A stretch of DNA of 43,723 nt from Candidatus Hydrogenedentota bacterium (GCA_029974275.1 JARKSN010000335.1:1-43723), one strand, 5' to 3'. Numbered from the stretch's first letter, positions 8,061-19,698 are shown. The notes: generated by a model not told the origin, from the sequence alone. Translations and numbers: made by a program.

Positions 8061-9949
8061 AGAAACACCGCTATGGCGATGGCGATCCCGACGCCAAGCG
8101 CCAGGCCCATCATGTAGAACCGGAGATTGCCGTTTTGCGTGAGGCGAAGTCCGTCGTGCATGACATAACACACGCCCGCCAGTCCGTCGTAGACCCGGTT
8201 GATGGCGTCGTTTCGGTTCGCGCGCGCGATGGCCATGAAGGGCTTCACCAGAAACGTCGCGTACAGCCAATCGAAGCCGCAACCGCTCAGCAAGAATTTT
8301 TGCACCATCGCGCCGAAGCCGGACGCCACGAATCGCGCCATTGCTTCGCGCCGTTTGAGGAACAGCGCGTACGCAATCAACACGCCCGCCAAGGCCGTTG
8401 CGCTGGCAATGATTTGCAGAAGAATTTCTTCATTGCCGGATGGCTCCGGGGTTTCAAGGGAGGGCAGCGACATTTCCGCGAAGTGCGAGAAGAACGTCGC
8501 GTGGCCCAGCGAATGCGGCGTTTCCATAAACCCGCCCATCGTCGCCAATATCGCCAACACAACGACGGGAAATGCCATGAACATGCCGAGGCGCCTGTGC
8601 GGCTCTTTGTTGGCCTTGCCGAAAAACGTGAGGAAAACCATGCGGAATGTGTAGATGGACGTGAGGAAGGCGCCGAGGCATCCGGCGAGCCACAAGCCCT
8701 TGCCGCCCTGTGGCGACGACCAGACGTCCCAGAGGATCAGATCCTTGCTGTAGAACCCCGCAGTAATCAGCGGCATTGCGGCCAGGGACATCGCGCCGAT
8801 CAGGAAGGTCCAAAACACCAACGGCAACCGCGTGCGCAATCCGCCCATCTTGAACACGTCTTGCTCATGATGCAGCGCGACGATGATCATGCCCGCGCCC
8901 ATGAAGAGCAGGGCCTTGAAGAACGCGTGCGTCACGAGATGAAAGATCGCCGCCGACCACGCGCCCACGCCCAGCGCGAGGAACATGTAGCCGATCTGGC
9001 TGATCGTCGAATACGCCAACACGCGTTTGATGTCGCGTTGCGCGCAGGCGCTGAAGCCCGCGATCAGGAGCGTCGCCGCGCCGATGACCGCCACGGCGTA
9101 TTGCACCGGCGGCGCGAGCGTGAACAGGGCATGCGTCCGCGCGACGAGATAGACGCCCGCCGTCACCATCGTCGCGGCGTGGATGAGCGCGCTGACGGGC
9201 GTCGGGCCGGCCATCGCGTCGGGCAGCCAAACTTGCAGCGGGAACTGACCGGACTTGCCCAGCGCGCCGCCCAACAATAGCGCCGCGGCGGCAATGGCCA
9301 ACGTGGAGCCGACAGGCCATTGCTCGGTCGCTCGGTCGAGCACGGTCTGAATGTCGAGCGAGCCGAGGTGCGTGAACAGCAGAAACAGGCCAATGGCCAT
9401 CGCGGTGTCGCCAATGCGCGTGACGATGAAGGCTTTCGATGCGGCGCGCGCGTTGGCGGCGTCTCCGTACCAGAAACCGATCAGGAGATAGCTGCACAAT
9501 CCGACGCCTTCCCAGCCGAGGTAGAGCAGGAGCAGGTTATCGGCCATGACGAGGATCAGCATTGACGCGACAAAGAGGTTCATGTAGGCGAAAAAGCGCG
9601 AGAAGCCCTTGTCGTCGGCCATGTAGCCGAGCGAGTAGATGTGGATGAGCGCGCCGACGACCGTGACGACCAGCATCATGATGATCGCGAGCGAGTCCAG
9701 GTAGAAAGCCATGCGCGGGGCGAAGTCGCCAACCTGCATCCACGTCCACAACACGGTGCGCACAACATGGCCCAACGGCGGCGTGAAGTGGAACTGAAGG
9801 GCCAGCGTCACCGTTGCAGCCGCGGCCAATACGACGGACCCGGCTCCGAACAGGCCCGCGACCGCCCGTGGAAGACGGCGGCCCCACACCGCAAGCGCCA
9901 TCGCGCTCGCGAGCGGCAAGGCCGGTATAATCCACACGTGGTCGAACAT
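8057..9949 (-). CDS. nuoL: NADH-quinone oxidoreductase subunit L
   Basis: GWEGVGLCSYLLIGFW, GKSGQFPLQVWLPDAMAGPTPVSALIHAATMVTAG, HAFFKALLF. Confidence 0.97.
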   Translation of the reverse strand: MFDHVWIIPALPLASAMALAVWGRRLPRAVAGLFGAGSVVLAAAATVTLALQFHFTPPLGHVVRTVLWTWMQVGDFAPRMAFYLDSLAIIMMLVVTVVGALIHIYSLGYMADDKGFSRFFAYMNLFVASMLILVMADNLLLLYLGWEGVGLCSYLLIGFWYGDAANARAASKAFIVTRIGDTAMAIGLFLLFTHLGSLDIQTVLDRATEQWPVGSTLAIAAAALLLGGALGKSGQFPLQVWLPDAMAGPTPVSALIHAATMVTAGVYLVARTHALFTLAPPVQYAVAVIGAATLLIAGFSACAQRDIKRVLAYSTISQIGYMFLALGVGAWSAAIFHLVTHAFFKALLFMGAGMIIVALHHEQDVFKMGGLRTRLPLVFWTFLIGAMSLAAMPLITAGFYSKDLILWDVWSSPQGGKGLWLAGCLGAFLTSIYTFRMVFLTFFGKANKEPHRRLGMFMAFPVVVLAILATMGGFMETPHSLGHATFFSHFAEMSLPSLETPEPSGNEEILLQIIASATALAGVLIAYALFLKRREAMARFVASGFGAMVQKFLLSGCGFDWLYATFLVKPFMAIARANRNDAINRVYDGLAGVCYVMHDGLRLTQNGNLRFYMMGLALGVGIAIAIAVFL

Positions 9950-9952
9950 GCA

Positions 9953-10264
9953 TTACCCTCGCATCGTGCTGGCCGCGTCGGCGTCGAGCGTCTTGAATTG
10001 ATGGTGGAAGCGAAGCAGAAGGGCGAGGCCTACGGCCACTTCCGCGGCGGCCATGGTTAGAATGATCAGGAACATGATCTGGCCGTCGGCTTGGTTCCAG
10101 CGAGAGCCCGCCACGACAAAGGCCAGGCCTGTTGCGTTCAGCATGATCTCGATCGACATGAGAATGTAGAGAATGTTCCGCCGGGCCAACAGCCCGAGGA
10201 GCCCGATCGCGAACAACGTGCCCGCCAACACGAGACCGTGCATCAAAGGAATGGTCGCGGTCAT
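9953..10264 (-). CDS. nuoK: NADH-quinone oxidoreductase subunit K
   Basis: [17 protein letters not shown]...[12 protein letters not shown]. Start at 10264 overlaps the nuoJ stop (ATGA). Confidence 0.95.
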   Translation of the reverse strand: MTATIPLMHGLVLAGTLFAIGLLGLLARRNILYILMSIEIMLNATGLAFVVAGSRWNQADGQIMFLIILTMAAAEVAVGLALLLRFHHQFKTLDADAASTMRG

Positions 10265-10776
10265 GGGTTTCGTTCCTTTCGCGGCGGCACATCGCGCCGG
10301 GCCAGGGCGAAGGCCCCGACCAAGCCCGCCAACAGCAGCATCGACGCCAGTTCCACGGCCAGCATGTAGGGGCCGAACAAGGCGCGCCCGATCTCCTTGG
10401 GCTGCACGGGCTCCGCGCCGGTCAGCGCGCCGCCGCTTGCGCCCAGGACATACAACAGCTCGGCGAACAGAATCGCCGAAAGGGCCGCCGGTCCACGCCA
10501 CGCGCGGGGGCTCAACCACACGCGTTCTTGCGCGGCGATGCGTCCTCCGAGATTGAGCATCATCACCACGAACACGAAAAGCACCATGATCGCGCCGGCA
10601 TAGACGACGACTTCGAGCGCGGCGATGAGCGGCGCGCCCAACACGAAGAAAACCAGCGCCAACGACAGCATGGACACCACGAGATACAGCAGCGAGTGCA
10701 CCGCGTTGGCGCGCGTCACCACCATCCCCGTGGAAAAGACGGCCACCGCCGCCGCTATGTAGAATGTCGCGTTCAT
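10261..10776 (-). CDS. nuoJ: NADH-quinone oxidoreductase subunit J
   Basis: [46 protein letters not shown]. Confidence 0.95.
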   Translation of the reverse strand: MNATFYIAAAVAVFSTGMVVTRANAVHSLLYLVVSMLSLALVFFVLGAPLIAALEVVVYAGAIMVLFVFVVMMLNLGGRIAAQERVWLSPRAWRGPAALSAILFAELLYVLGASGGALTGAEPVQPKEIGRALFGPYMLAVELASMLLLAGLVGAFALARRDVPPRKERNP

Positions 10777-10792
10777 GCCGTTTTCATCTTGC

Positions 10793-11308
10793 TCACAGGT
10801 TCAACCCGCGCACGTCAACGGGCGGCGCTTCGTTTTCGGCTTCGCCCTTGGCCTTGCCGCCGATCGCAAGCCCCGCGACGTTGTAGAAGCTGTAGTCGGG
10901 ATATTTTCCCGTGCCGCTGATAAGCAGGTGCTCCTTCTCGTACACGAGATTCTGCCGATTGCACTCGCACATCTCAAAGTCCGGCGTGAGTTGGATTGCA
11001 TACGTCGGACAAGCCTCTTCGCACATTCCGCAGAAAATGCAGCGCGAGAAATTGATGCGGAAAAACTCGGGGTAGCGGCGGCCCGTCTCGTCTTCCGTTG
11101 CTTGCAGCGCGATGCACCCCACGGGGCACGCGACCGAACAGAGATAGCACGCCACGCAACGTTCCTTGCCGTCGGGATCGCGCGATAATATGATGCGCCC
11201 CCGCCAACGCGGCGCAATGCGCGGCATCACGGTCGGATATTCGACCGTAATGCGCCGGCGAAACGAGTGGAGGAACACCATCCACATGCTTCGGAACAGA
11301 CTGAACAT
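10793..11308 (-). CDS. nuoI: NADH-quinone oxidoreductase subunit I
   Basis: Two 4Fe-4S motifs: [12 protein letters not shown] and [12 protein letters not shown]. Confidence 0.96.
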   Translation of the reverse strand: MFSLFRSMWMVFLHSFRRRITVEYPTVMPRIAPRWRGRIILSRDPDGKERCVACYLCSVACPVGCIALQATEDETGRRYPEFFRINFSRCIFCGMCEEACPTYAIQLTPDFEMCECNRQNLVYEKEHLLISGTGKYPDYSFYNVAGLAIGGKAKGEAENEAPPVDVRGLNL

Positions 11309-11323
11309 GCGCCTCCCTCGTTG

Positions 11324-12277
11324 TTAGCGTGTCGCGAGAACAAACGCGCCGGTGAGGATCAGATTCAACAGCGCCAACGGCAACAGCACCTTCCACCCAA
11401 ACGCCATGAGCTGGTCCCAACGCAGCCGCGGCAATGCGGCGCGCATCAGCACGAACCCCACGATGAACACAGACGTTTTCAACGCGAACCAAACGACCGG
11501 CGGCAGCCATGGGCCGTGCCATCCGCCGAAATAAAGCGTCACGATCAGCGCCGACACCAGCGCGACGCTGATGTATTCGCCGACGAAGAACATGCCGAAT
11601 TTCATGCCCGAGTATTCGGAGTGGAAACCGGCCACGAGTTCGCTCTCTGCTTCCGGCATGTCGAAGGGAACGCGATGGGTCTCGGCGATGCCCGCGATGC
11701 TGAACACGAACAAGCCAAGAATCTGCGGGATGCAGAACCATGTGTGCCGTTGCGCTTCGACGATCTCGCGCAGGTTGAACGATCCGGCCATCAGCACGAC
11801 GCCCATGAGGGATAGGCCCATGAACACTTCATAGCTCAACATTTGCGCGGAGGCGCGCAGGCCGCCGAGCAGCGAGTATTTGTTGTTCGACGCCCACCCC
11901 GCCAGCGCCACGCTGTACACGCCCATCGAGGACATCGCCATCACGAACAGCAGGCCGACGTTGAGGTCGACCACCATGATGCCGGGCGCGAAGGGAAGCA
12001 TCGCGAAACTCATCAACACGGACATCATGATGATCGCAGGCGCGATAATGAAAACCGTTTTGTCCGCAAAAGGCGGTATCCAGTCTTCCTTGAGGAAGAT
12101 TTTGATCATGTCCGCGGGCAGTTGAAACAGACCGAACGGGCCGACGCGGTTGGGGCCGTAGCGGTCTTGCCACAAGGCCAAGAGGCGGCGCTCCACGACG
12201 ATCAGCAGACCGGAAAGGGTCAGCGGCACGGCAAGCACGCCCACCACGACGATCAGGCGCATGATCGCTTCCATCAT
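11324..12277 (-). CDS. nuoH: NADH-quinone oxidoreductase subunit H
   Basis: [51 protein letters not shown]. Start overlaps the nuoG stop (ATGA). Confidence 0.96.
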   Translation of the reverse strand: MMEAIMRLIVVVGVLAVPLTLSGLLIVVERRLLALWQDRYGPNRVGPFGLFQLPADMIKIFLKEDWIPPFADKTVFIIAPAIIMMSVLMSFAMLPFAPGIMVVDLNVGLLFVMAMSSMGVYSVALAGWASNNKYSLLGGLRASAQMLSYEVFMGLSLMGVVLMAGSFNLREIVEAQRHTWFCIPQILGLFVFSIAGIAETHRVPFDMPEAESELVAGFHSEYSGMKFGMFFVGEYISVALVSALIVTLYFGGWHGPWLPPVVWFALKTSVFIVGFVLMRAALPRLRWDQLMAFGWKVLLPLALLNLILTGAFVLATR

Positions 12278-14991
12278 GGCTGCGCCTCCTTTCGCACCGT
12301 CGCCCAGGCAGGCAGCGACGCCCGGGGCGTCCCCCTCAACCCCTCCGGAAGGCCGGCGACGCCAACGGGCAAACGGGACAGGATGTTCACGGGCAGAATC
12401 GACGTGAAGGAGCCGATCGCGATTTCCACCCGATCGTTCTGGGTTACGCCCAGGCGCGCCGCGTCGCGCGGCGACATGGCGATGTAAGGGGCGGGAGCGC
12501 GCCCTGCGATCGACGGAGAGAGCGCGCTCATTTCCTCCGAGCCGTAGATGTGATGAATCGCGACCAGCAACATTTCTTGGCTGCGCGGCGTGAAAGCCGC
12601 CGGCGCGCCGTCCCGATAGGCAATGCTGGAATTGGGATCGGCCTCGATCAGGCGCAGGCCCGGATCGCCGCCCCGCAAGGCGCCGCCCACTTCTTCCTGG
12701 AACTTGCTCAGCACTTGCGGCGAATTCCAGCCTGGAGACCAGTACCACGACCGCAGGGCCGTCGGGATGCGGCGTCCGCGATAGCCTTCCATCGAGAAGC
12801 TCATCGGCGAGTCCGGGTCTTCCGGCACTTGCGATTCGCTGACGTCGATGTTTGCGTACATCGCGGTGCGGCCGCTGTAGCGATGCGGCTGCCGCGCGAT
12901 CTTTTGCCCGACAAACCGGGTGGCCGCCGACGGCACCAAACTCGGCACGTCGTGAAAAACGTTCACGCTCTTCGAAATCGTTTCCACTAGGTCATCCAAC
13001 GAGACCCAGTCGTTTCCGCCTGCACGTGCGGCGGCGTCGCGCACGCGCCGAAGCCAGCGCCAGGCATCGGCAATGTCGCTCTTCGGCGCGTACACCTGGA
13101 CAAACCGCTGCGCGCGGCCTTCGCCGTTCACATAGATGCCGTCGCTTTCCGCGAAGGTCGCCGCGGGCAATACCGCCGTGGCCTTCGCGGTCGTCTCGGT
13201 CTCGATATGATCCAATGCGATCACGGTCTTCGCTTTGGCGAACAATGCATCCGCCTGTGCGCGATCGATGCGGCGATAGAGATCGTTTTCGAGCACGATG
13301 ACCGTGTCCGCGACGCCGTTCGCGATCGCGTCGATGGCCTTTTCGAGTCCTTGGCCGCCCAGCAACGCCAGGCCCATCGTGTTGCATTCGGGCATGACGT
13401 ACGCGAGCGCGGCGGGTTGGCAACTCCGGCACAGCGCCCATGCCACGTTGGCCGCTGCCGCGATGACGGCCTCGCTTTTGCACGATGGACCCGAAACCAC
13501 GAGGGGCTGTTTCGCCGTCTGCAGGGCCATCGCGATGCGGCTCGCGAGTTCCTCTGTTTCCGGCGCGAGTTTTGACGGCGCGGGCGACGCGGAATCGATG
13601 GCGTGCGCGACGGCGAATCCGAGGCGCGCGATGTCATCCGGCGCGGCGACATGCGTTTCCGTGGCGACTTCATCCAATCGCGTGTCGCGTGTCGCGGCGA
13701 TGTACAGCGGACCTTTCGCGTCCTGGAGCAACGTGCGCACGGCGTCGTCGTTCCAGCGCGGAATAGACAGTTTGTCGGCGGCTTCCATCGGCGCTTGCCG
13801 CACGGCCTGTCGCAGACTCAGCGCCATCATCGGCGCGGCATTCGTGAGGTCCTCGCCCAGCACCAAGACGGCATCGGCGTCGGCCATGTCTTGCAGCGAC
13901 GGCGACCGCGCGGGTCCTTGTTGCAGGTTCTCGATCATCTTCGCGACGAGGCGCGCTTCGCGTTCGGGAACGCCTTGATAAAAATGTTCGGGGCCGGTCA
14001 ACGTGCGTAGCGCAAAATTAGATTCCAGCGACGCGCGTGGCGATCCGATGCCGATGATGGTCTTGTCGCGGTTGAGGCGGTCGCCGATCCAGGCCAGCGC
14101 CTCCTCGCGCGGCATCTCGATCTTCGCGCCGTCCTGTCGCCGATACGCCGCGCGGATGCGCCGGTCGCCGTTCACGAATTCGTAGCCGTAGCGCCCGCGA
14201 TCGCACAGGAAATAGCCGTTGACCTCGCCGTTGTAGCGGTTGCGGATGCGCCGGAGCGTGCCGTAGCGTTCGCCGGGAATGGTGTTGCACCCGACGCCGC
14301 AATGCACGCACACCGATGGCGCGGTCTGTTGGTCCCAGCGCCGCGTGTTGTGGGCCTTGAGCGTCTTGTCCGTGAACACGCCCGTTGGGCAGACCTCGAC
14401 GAGGTTGCCGCTGAATTCGCTTTCGAGCGGGCCGTCCGCGTGGCGTCCGAAGTAGGTGTGGTTGTGGGAGGCCATCGGCGCGAGGTCGTGTCCGCCCGCA
14501 TAGTCGGCGTAGAAGCGCGCACACCGATAGCACTGGATGCAGCGGTTCATTTCGTGATTGACGAACGGTCCGAGGTCTTGGTTCGTGTAGGTGCGCTTGG
14601 TGAAGCGATACGAGCGGTAATTATGCCCGGTCATCACGGTCATGTCCTGCAAATGGCATTCGCCGCCTTCGTCGCAGACTGGGCAATCGTGCGGGTGGTT
14701 GGTCATCAACCATTCGAGCACCTGCGCGCGGAAGGTCTTCGCTTCCTCGTCGTCAATGGAAATGCGCGTTCCGTCCGTTGCGGGCGTCATGCACGACATG
14801 ACGATCCGCCCGCGCGTGTCGTTCTCGTCTTTGAATTGCTTCACGGCGCACAAGCGGCAGGCTCCCACGGAATTCAATGCCGGATGCCAGCAAAAGAACG
14901 GCACGTTGAATCCGAGCGTCAGGCACGCCTGCAGCAGGTTCTGGCCGTCTTTCACCTCATACGGCTGATTGTTTATGTAAATCGTGGCCAT
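12274..14991 (-). CDS. nuoG: NADH-quinone oxidoreductase subunit G (long form)
   Basis: FCWHP...[32 protein letters not shown]...VCPTG, plus the N7-type motif CVHCGVGC...CDRG; 905 aa. Confidence 0.97.
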   Translation of the reverse strand: MATIYINNQPYEVKDGQNLLQACLTLGFNVPFFCWHPALNSVGACRLCAVKQFKDENDTRGRIVMSCMTPATDGTRISIDDEEAKTFRAQVLEWLMTNHPHDCPVCDEGGECHLQDMTVMTGHNYRSYRFTKRTYTNQDLGPFVNHEMNRCIQCYRCARFYADYAGGHDLAPMASHNHTYFGRHADGPLESEFSGNLVEVCPTGVFTDKTLKAHNTRRWDQQTAPSVCVHCGVGCNTIPGERYGTLRRIRNRYNGEVNGYFLCDRGRYGYEFVNGDRRIRAAYRRQDGAKIEMPREEALAWIGDRLNRDKTIIGIGSPRASLESNFALRTLTGPEHFYQGVPEREARLVAKMIENLQQGPARSPSLQDMADADAVLVLGEDLTNAAPMMALSLRQAVRQAPMEAADKLSIPRWNDDAVRTLLQDAKGPLYIAATRDTRLDEVATETHVAAPDDIARLGFAVAHAIDSASPAPSKLAPETEELASRIAMALQTAKQPLVVSGPSCKSEAVIAAAANVAWALCRSCQPAALAYVMPECNTMGLALLGGQGLEKAIDAIANGVADTVIVLENDLYRRIDRAQADALFAKAKTVIALDHIETETTAKATAVLPAATFAESDGIYVNGEGRAQRFVQVYAPKSDIADAWRWLRRVRDAAARAGGNDWVSLDDLVETISKSVNVFHDVPSLVPSAATRFVGQKIARQPHRYSGRTAMYANIDVSESQVPEDPDSPMSFSMEGYRGRRIPTALRSWYWSPGWNSPQVLSKFQEEVGGALRGGDPGLRLIEADPNSSIAYRDGAPAAFTPRSQEMLLVAIHHIYGSEEMSALSPSIAGRAPAPYIAMSPRDAARLGVTQNDRVEIAIGSFTSILPVNILSRLPVGVAGLPEGLRGTPRASLPAWATVRKEAQP

Positions 14992-14994
14992 CCG

Positions 14995-16272
14995 CTATCT
15001 CCAGGGGCACCGCTTCTCGCGAATGTGCCGCTCGAAGTCGTCTCGGAAGTATCGCAATGCGCTGCCCAATGGGGCCATCGCGCCCGGCGCCAACGCACAG
15101 AAGGTCAGCCCAGGGCCGAGCAACGGCACGTGCTTGTCCAGCATCGCCATATCCTCGGGAATGCCCTCGCCGCGCTCGATGGCGGCCAGCGTCTTTTCGA
15201 TCCATGGCAGCCCATCGCGGCACGGCGTGCACCAGCCACAGGACTCATGCGCGAAAAATGTAATGAGGTTGTGCACCATGCCCACGGGACAAGTCTTGTC
15301 GTCGAGCAAGATCATCGTGCCTGTTCCCAGGCGGCTGCCTGCGATTGGCAGCGTGTCGAAGTCCATTTGCAGATCGAGGTGCTCGGGTAACAGGAAGTCC
15401 GTCGACGCGCCGCCGGGAATGATGCCGCGCAACGCAACGCCGTCGCGCATGCCGCCCGCGTGTTCTTCGAGAATCTCGCGCATCGTCACGCCCAACGGCA
15501 GTTCCCATACGCCGGGACGTTTCGCCTTGCCGCTGACGCCAAAGAGTTTGGCGCCGCCGTTCGGGGTTTTGCTTAACGATTTGAACCATGCCGCGCCGTG
15601 GTTGACGATGTGCGGCACGTTGCAGAGGGTCTCGACGTTGTTCACGATGGTTGGCTTGCCGAAAAGTCCGGAAACTTGCGGAAACGGCGGCTTGTTGCGC
15701 GGATTGGCGCGCTTGCCTTCGAGGGCGTTGATCAACGCGGTCTCTTCGCCGCAGATGTAGCGTCCGGCGCTCGTGTGCAAATGCACTTCGAGACTGTAAT
15801 CGGAGCCCAGAATGTTTTTGCCCATGTAACCGGCCTCGCGGGCTTCCGCGATGGCGCGTGCGAGCGCTTTTTCCGCCTCGAAATATTCGCCGCGGAGAAA
15901 GATATATGCGATGTCCGCCTCGATGGCAAATGCCGACACGATGACGCCTTCGATCAGCGAATGCGGATCTCCTTCGAGAAGAACGCGGTCCTTGAATGTG
16001 CCGGGCTCCATTTCGTCCGCGTTGACGACCAAATACTTCGGGTGCGCGGCGTTCGGTCCCATGGGCACGAAGCTCCACTTCAGCCCCGTCGGAAAGCCCG
16101 CGCCGCCGCGCCCGCGCAGATTCGAGTCCTTGACCACCCCGAGCACGCCCGCGGGCCCCAGGTCCTTGAGGGCCTTGCGCACGGCCTGATACCCGCCGAC
16201 TTGCTCGTATTCGCGCAAGGTCGGCGGTTGGCCATCGGGCCGTAAATTCTGTGTTAACGGACGTTCGCTCAT
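14995..16272 (-). CDS. nuoF: NADH-quinone oxidoreductase subunit F
   Basis: LRGRGGAGFPTGLKW, NADEMEPGTFKD, YICGEETAL, ESCGWCTPCRDG. Probable start is MSERPL at 16272. Confidence 0.96.
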   Translation of the reverse strand: MSERPLTQNLRPDGQPPTLREYEQVGGYQAVRKALKDLGPAGVLGVVKDSNLRGRGGAGFPTGLKWSFVPMGPNAAHPKYLVVNADEMEPGTFKDRVLLEGDPHSLIEGVIVSAFAIEADIAYIFLRGEYFEAEKALARAIAEAREAGYMGKNILGSDYSLEVHLHTSAGRYICGEETALINALEGKRANPRNKPPFPQVSGLFGKPTIVNNVETLCNVPHIVNHGAAWFKSLSKTPNGGAKLFGVSGKAKRPGVWELPLGVTMREILEEHAGGMRDGVALRGIIPGGASTDFLLPEHLDLQMDFDTLPIAGSRLGTGTMILLDDKTCPVGMVHNLITFFAHESCGWCTPCRDGLPWIEKTLAAIERGEGIPEDMAMLDKHVPLLGPGLTFCALAPGAMAPLGSALRYFRDDFERHIREKRCPWR

Positions 16273-16301
16273 GAGGTCCCTAATCCAACATATGCGAAAG
16301 C

Positions 16302-16493
16302 AAGACTCGCCACGGAGACACGGAGCACGCGGAGAAAGCACGGAGACGAACGAATAACAAAGCTCTTCTCTGCGAACTCTGCGGCCTTTGTGTCTCTGCG
16401 TTCAAAATATTCAACGCAGAGGCGCAAAGTTCGCAGAGAAGACAATGCGTTGTTTGCTCTCACGTCTTCACGTTTCTGCATCGCTGCGTTCCA
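16302..16493. repeat. Periodic inverted-repeat element in the nuoE-nuoF junction (four arms)
   Basis: Arm AAGACTCGCCACGGAGACACGGAGCACGCGGAGAAAGCACGGAGA at 16302-16346. TCTTCTCTGCGAACT (16364-16378) is the perfect reverse complement of 16428-16442. Degenerate fourth arm at about 16458-16493. Confidence 0.85.
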
Positions 16494-16511
16494 GTCGCGT
16501 GGCACAAAAAG

Positions 16512-16985
16512 CTATTCATATTTCGCCAACAACGCGCCGAGATTGTCGATGTCCACGTCGCGGTGCAGGTCTTCGTCAATCATCAGCACGGGCGCATGAT
16601 CGCACGCACCCAGGCATTGGTTCGCCAGCAGCGTGAAACGCCCGTCGGCGGTCGTCTCGCCGGGTTTGATGCCGAGCGTTTGCTCGAACTTGGCGAGGAC
16701 GGCTTCCAAACCCATCACCCAGCAACTCACGCTCGTGCATATCCGGATCACGTGCCGCCCGACAGGGCGTCGGAGAATCAGGTTGTAGAACGTCGCCACG
16801 CTGTCGACTTCGTGCGTCGTCATGCCGAGCAGCCCGGCGATGTCCGCGACGCTTTCGTCGTCGACCCATCCCTTGTGGCGTTGCACGATTTTCAGCGCGT
16901 CGATGCACGCAGACCGTTTGCGCTCGTACAGGCCCGTCTCGGCTCGTATTTCTTCGATAACGCTCAGCGGCAACACGGTTTCCAC
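16512..16985 (-). CDS. nuoE: NADH-quinone oxidoreductase subunit E
   Basis: VATFY, CTSVSC and CLGACDHAP 2Fe-2S ligands. Confidence 0.95.
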   Translation of the reverse strand: METVLPLSVIEEIRAETGLYERKRSACIDALKIVQRHKGWVDDESVADIAGLLGMTTHEVDSVATFYNLILRRPVGRHVIRICTSVSCWVMGLEAVLAKFEQTLGIKPGETTADGRFTLLANQCLGACDHAPVLMIDEDLHRDVDIDNLGALLAKYE

Positions 16986-17011
16986 GTTCCTAACCCGGAT
17001 AAGCCGGAATC

Positions 17012-17132
17012 AAGATTCACCACAAAGGCGCAAAGGACACGGGGAAAGCACAGAGAAAGAAGACAAGCCACAGATGAAAACAGATGAAAGCCATTCCGTT
17101 TTCTCCGCGTTCTCTGCGCCTCTGCGTTCAAA
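17012..17132. repeat. Periodic inverted-repeat element in the nuoCD-nuoE junction
   Basis: Arm AAGATTCACCACAAAGGCGCAAAGGACACGGGGAAAGCACAGAGA (17012-17056), inverted arm TTCTCCGCGTTCTCTGCGCCTCTGCGTTCAAA (17101-17132), and ACAGATGAAA twice between them. Confidence 0.85.
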
Positions 17133-17157
17133 TTCCCCTCCATCTTCCTCTAACGAC

Positions 17158-18915
17158 CTACCGATCCACGTCGGCCAACACGAAATCGATGCTGCCGAGA
17201 ATCGCCAGGAGATCCGACAGCAGCACGCCGCGGCTCATGAGCGGAATCATCTGCAAATGGGCGAACGACGGCGTGCGGATGCGCGTGCGATACGACATCG
17301 TGTTCCCGTCGCTGATGAGATAATACCCATAGCCGCCTTTGGCTCCTTCAATCCCGGAGAACGCTTCGCCATTCGGAATCACCGGTCCCCAGCTTACGCC
17401 GAGGAAGTGGTTGATCAAGGTTTCAATGTCGTGCATCGTCCGCTCTTTGCGCGGCGGCGTCGTGAGCGGGTGATCGGCCTTGTACGGCCCCTCGGGCATG
17501 TTGTTGAGGCATTGCTCGATGATGCGGACGCTCTGCCGCATCTCTTCGATGTGCACGAGTCCGCGATCGAGACAGTCGCCGTTGTGCCGGATCGGCACCT
17601 CGAATTCGAACTGGTCGTAGCCCGAGTACGGCCGCTTCTTGCGCAGGTCCCACTCGAAGCCGCATGCGCGCAGGCCGGGGCCCGTCACGCCCCAATCGAT
17701 GGCCTCGTCGAGGGTGTATTTGCCAATGCCTTTCACGCGGTTGATGAAGATGCGGTTCGCTATCAGGGCCTTGTCGTATTCCAACAGTTTCGGCGGGAAA
17801 TACGCGATGAAATCGCGCACCATCTTGTCCCAACCGCGCGGCAGGTCGTGCGCGACGCCGCCAATGCGGAACCAGGCCGGGTGCATGCGTCCGCCGCAAA
17901 TGGCCTCGACGATCTCGAAGACGCGTTCGCGGTCGTTGAACATGTAGAACACCGGCGACATCGCGCCGAGGTCCTGCGCGAAGGTGCCGTACCACACGAG
18001 GTGGCTGGCGATGCGGAAGAACTCCGACATCATCACGCGAATCATCTGCGCGCGCGGCGGCACGGCAATGCCCGCGAGTTGTTCGACGCCCAGCAAGTAC
18101 GCGAGGTTGTTGAGCACGCCTGCGACGTAGTCGATGCGGTCCGTGTAGGGGATGAACGAGTGCCATGTCTGTCGCTCGCCCATCTTCTCCGCGCCGCGAT
18201 GGTGATAGCCGATGTCCGGCACGGAGTTGACGATGACCTCGCCCTCGAGTTGGAGGATGACGCGCAACAATCCGTGCGTGCCGGGATGGTGCGGGCCGAG
18301 ATTCAAGAACATGTAATCGGTGTCGCCGCGGCTGCGTTCCAAGCCCCAATCTTCCGGGCGGAACTTCAGCGCTTCTTGCGCGGCCACCAGCTCGTCGTCC
18401 GGCAAGTCGAAGGGCTCCAACTCGGTCGCGCGCGCGGGATGTTCCTTGCGTAGCGGATGCCCCTTCCACGTCGTGGGCATGAGGATGCGGCGCAGGTACG
18501 GATGTCCCGAGAACGTGACGCCGAACATGTCCCAGACCTCGCGCTCGTACCAGTTCGCGTTGGGGTATACGTCGGTGATGGTTTCGATGGACGGGCGCTC
18601 GCCGACCAATGGCGCCTTGATGCGAATGTCGGCGTTGCGGTCGAACGACAGCAGATGGTAGACCACGGTGAAATCCGAGGCCGGGTTCATCGCGCGGTCC
18701 GAACGAACGCGTTCATCGACGGCCGTCAAATCGTACAGCAGACGGTACGGCCTGTCGACGCCCGCCTTGAGGTGGCGGACGATCTCCTTCGCGCGGTCCG
18801 GTTTCACCCACAGCGTGGGGATGCCGTCGCGGGTGTGTTGCTCGGCGAGAATGGCGCCGTCGAAACGCTGGCGCAATTCGTCCGCGATGGCGGCGGCTGC
18901 AAGATCTGCGCTCAC
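17158..18915 (-). CDS. nuoCD: NADH-quinone oxidoreductase fused subunit C/D
   Basis: NuoC part [13 protein letters not shown]...GHPLRK; NuoD part [25 protein letters not shown]-terminal LADVDR. Confidence 0.97.
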   Translation of the reverse strand: MSADLAAAAIADELRQRFDGAILAEQHTRDGIPTLWVKPDRAKEIVRHLKAGVDRPYRLLYDLTAVDERVRSDRAMNPASDFTVVYHLLSFDRNADIRIKAPLVGERPSIETITDVYPNANWYEREVWDMFGVTFSGHPYLRRILMPTTWKGHPLRKEHPARATELEPFDLPDDELVAAQEALKFRPEDWGLERSRGDTDYMFLNLGPHHPGTHGLLRVILQLEGEVIVNSVPDIGYHHRGAEKMGERQTWHSFIPYTDRIDYVAGVLNNLAYLLGVEQLAGIAVPPRAQMIRVMMSEFFRIASHLVWYGTFAQDLGAMSPVFYMFNDRERVFEIVEAICGGRMHPAWFRIGGVAHDLPRGWDKMVRDFIAYFPPKLLEYDKALIANRIFINRVKGIGKYTLDEAIDWGVTGPGLRACGFEWDLRKKRPYSGYDQFEFEVPIRHNGDCLDRGLVHIEEMRQSVRIIEQCLNNMPEGPYKADHPLTTPPRKERTMHDIETLINHFLGVSWGPVIPNGEAFSGIEGAKGGYGYYLISDGNTMSYRTRIRTPSFAHLQMIPLMSRGVLLSDLLAILGSIDFVLADVDR

Positions 18916-18916
18916 G

Positions 18917-19540
18917 TCACACCTCGTCCGGCGACCGGAGCGTGGTCGCGCGGCGTCGTTCGGGCGTTTTGAGATCGCGCTGCGAGGGCATTTCGGGCTT
19001 GATGACGCCCTGCGGCCCGACGACCCAGCTCATGGGACGTTTCTCGCGCCCGATCTGGTCTTGCAGCAGCATGAGGCCCTGCATGAATGCCTCCGGACGC
19101 GGCGGACAGCCCGGCACGTAAACGTCCACGGGGAGTATCTTGTCCACGCCCTGCACGACGCTGTAGATATCGTACATGCCGCCGGAATTCGCGCACGAGC
19201 CCATCGAGATCACCCACTTCGGCTCCATCATCTGCTCGTACAGCAGCCTGATGATGGGGGCGGTTTTGATGAACGGCGTGCCCGCGACGACCATGACGTC
19301 GGCCTCGCGCGGGGTGCCGCGAATGACTTCCGATCCGAAACGCGCCAAGTCGAACTTGCTGGTCAGGCTCGTGGCCATCTCGACAAAGCAGCACGAAAGG
19401 CCGAAGTTGAATGGCCACACGGAGTTCTTGCGGCCCCAGGCGATGAGGTCCTGCAACCGTGCAAAAGCCCAGTTCTCGCCCAGTCCCGGCCACAAGGGCA
19501 GCGCTTTCTCTAACGCTTCTTTTGGTTTACTGAAAAACAT
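18917..19540 (-). CDS. nuoB: NADH-quinone oxidoreductase subunit B
   Basis: [35 protein letters not shown]. Confidence 0.96.
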   Translation of the reverse strand: MFFSKPKEALEKALPLWPGLGENWAFARLQDLIAWGRKNSVWPFNFGLSCCFVEMATSLTSKFDLARFGSEVIRGTPREADVMVVAGTPFIKTAPIIRLLYEQMMEPKWVISMGSCANSGGMYDIYSVVQGVDKILPVDVYVPGCPPRPEAFMQGLMLLQDQIGREKRPMSWVVGPQGVIKPEMPSQRDLKTPERRRATTLRSPDEV

Positions 19541-19548
19541 GTTTTTTT

Positions 19549-19687
19549 AAGACTCACCACAAAGGCACAAAGGACACAGAGGAACACAAAGGTAAGAGCG
19601 AAAAATCCCATCCATAATTCCTGCGTCTCTTGTGCGTTCTGGGACTGTTCTCTTTCTCTGCGCCTTTGCGACTTCGCGCCTTGTGTT
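19549..19687. repeat. Periodic inverted-repeat element in the nuoA-nuoB junction
   Basis: Arm AAGACTCACCACAAAGGCACAAAGGACACAGAGGAACACAAAGG (19549-19592) and degenerate inverted arm TTCTCTGCGCCTTTGCGACTTCGCGCCTTGTGTT (19654-19687). Confidence 0.82.
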
Positions 19688-19698
19688 AATACTCTTCT

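Noticed and set aside
16302..19687. CRISPR array interpretation of the nuo intergenic repeats
   Set aside because: The units are degenerate, inverted and lack unique fixed-length spacers; there are no cas genes in the window.
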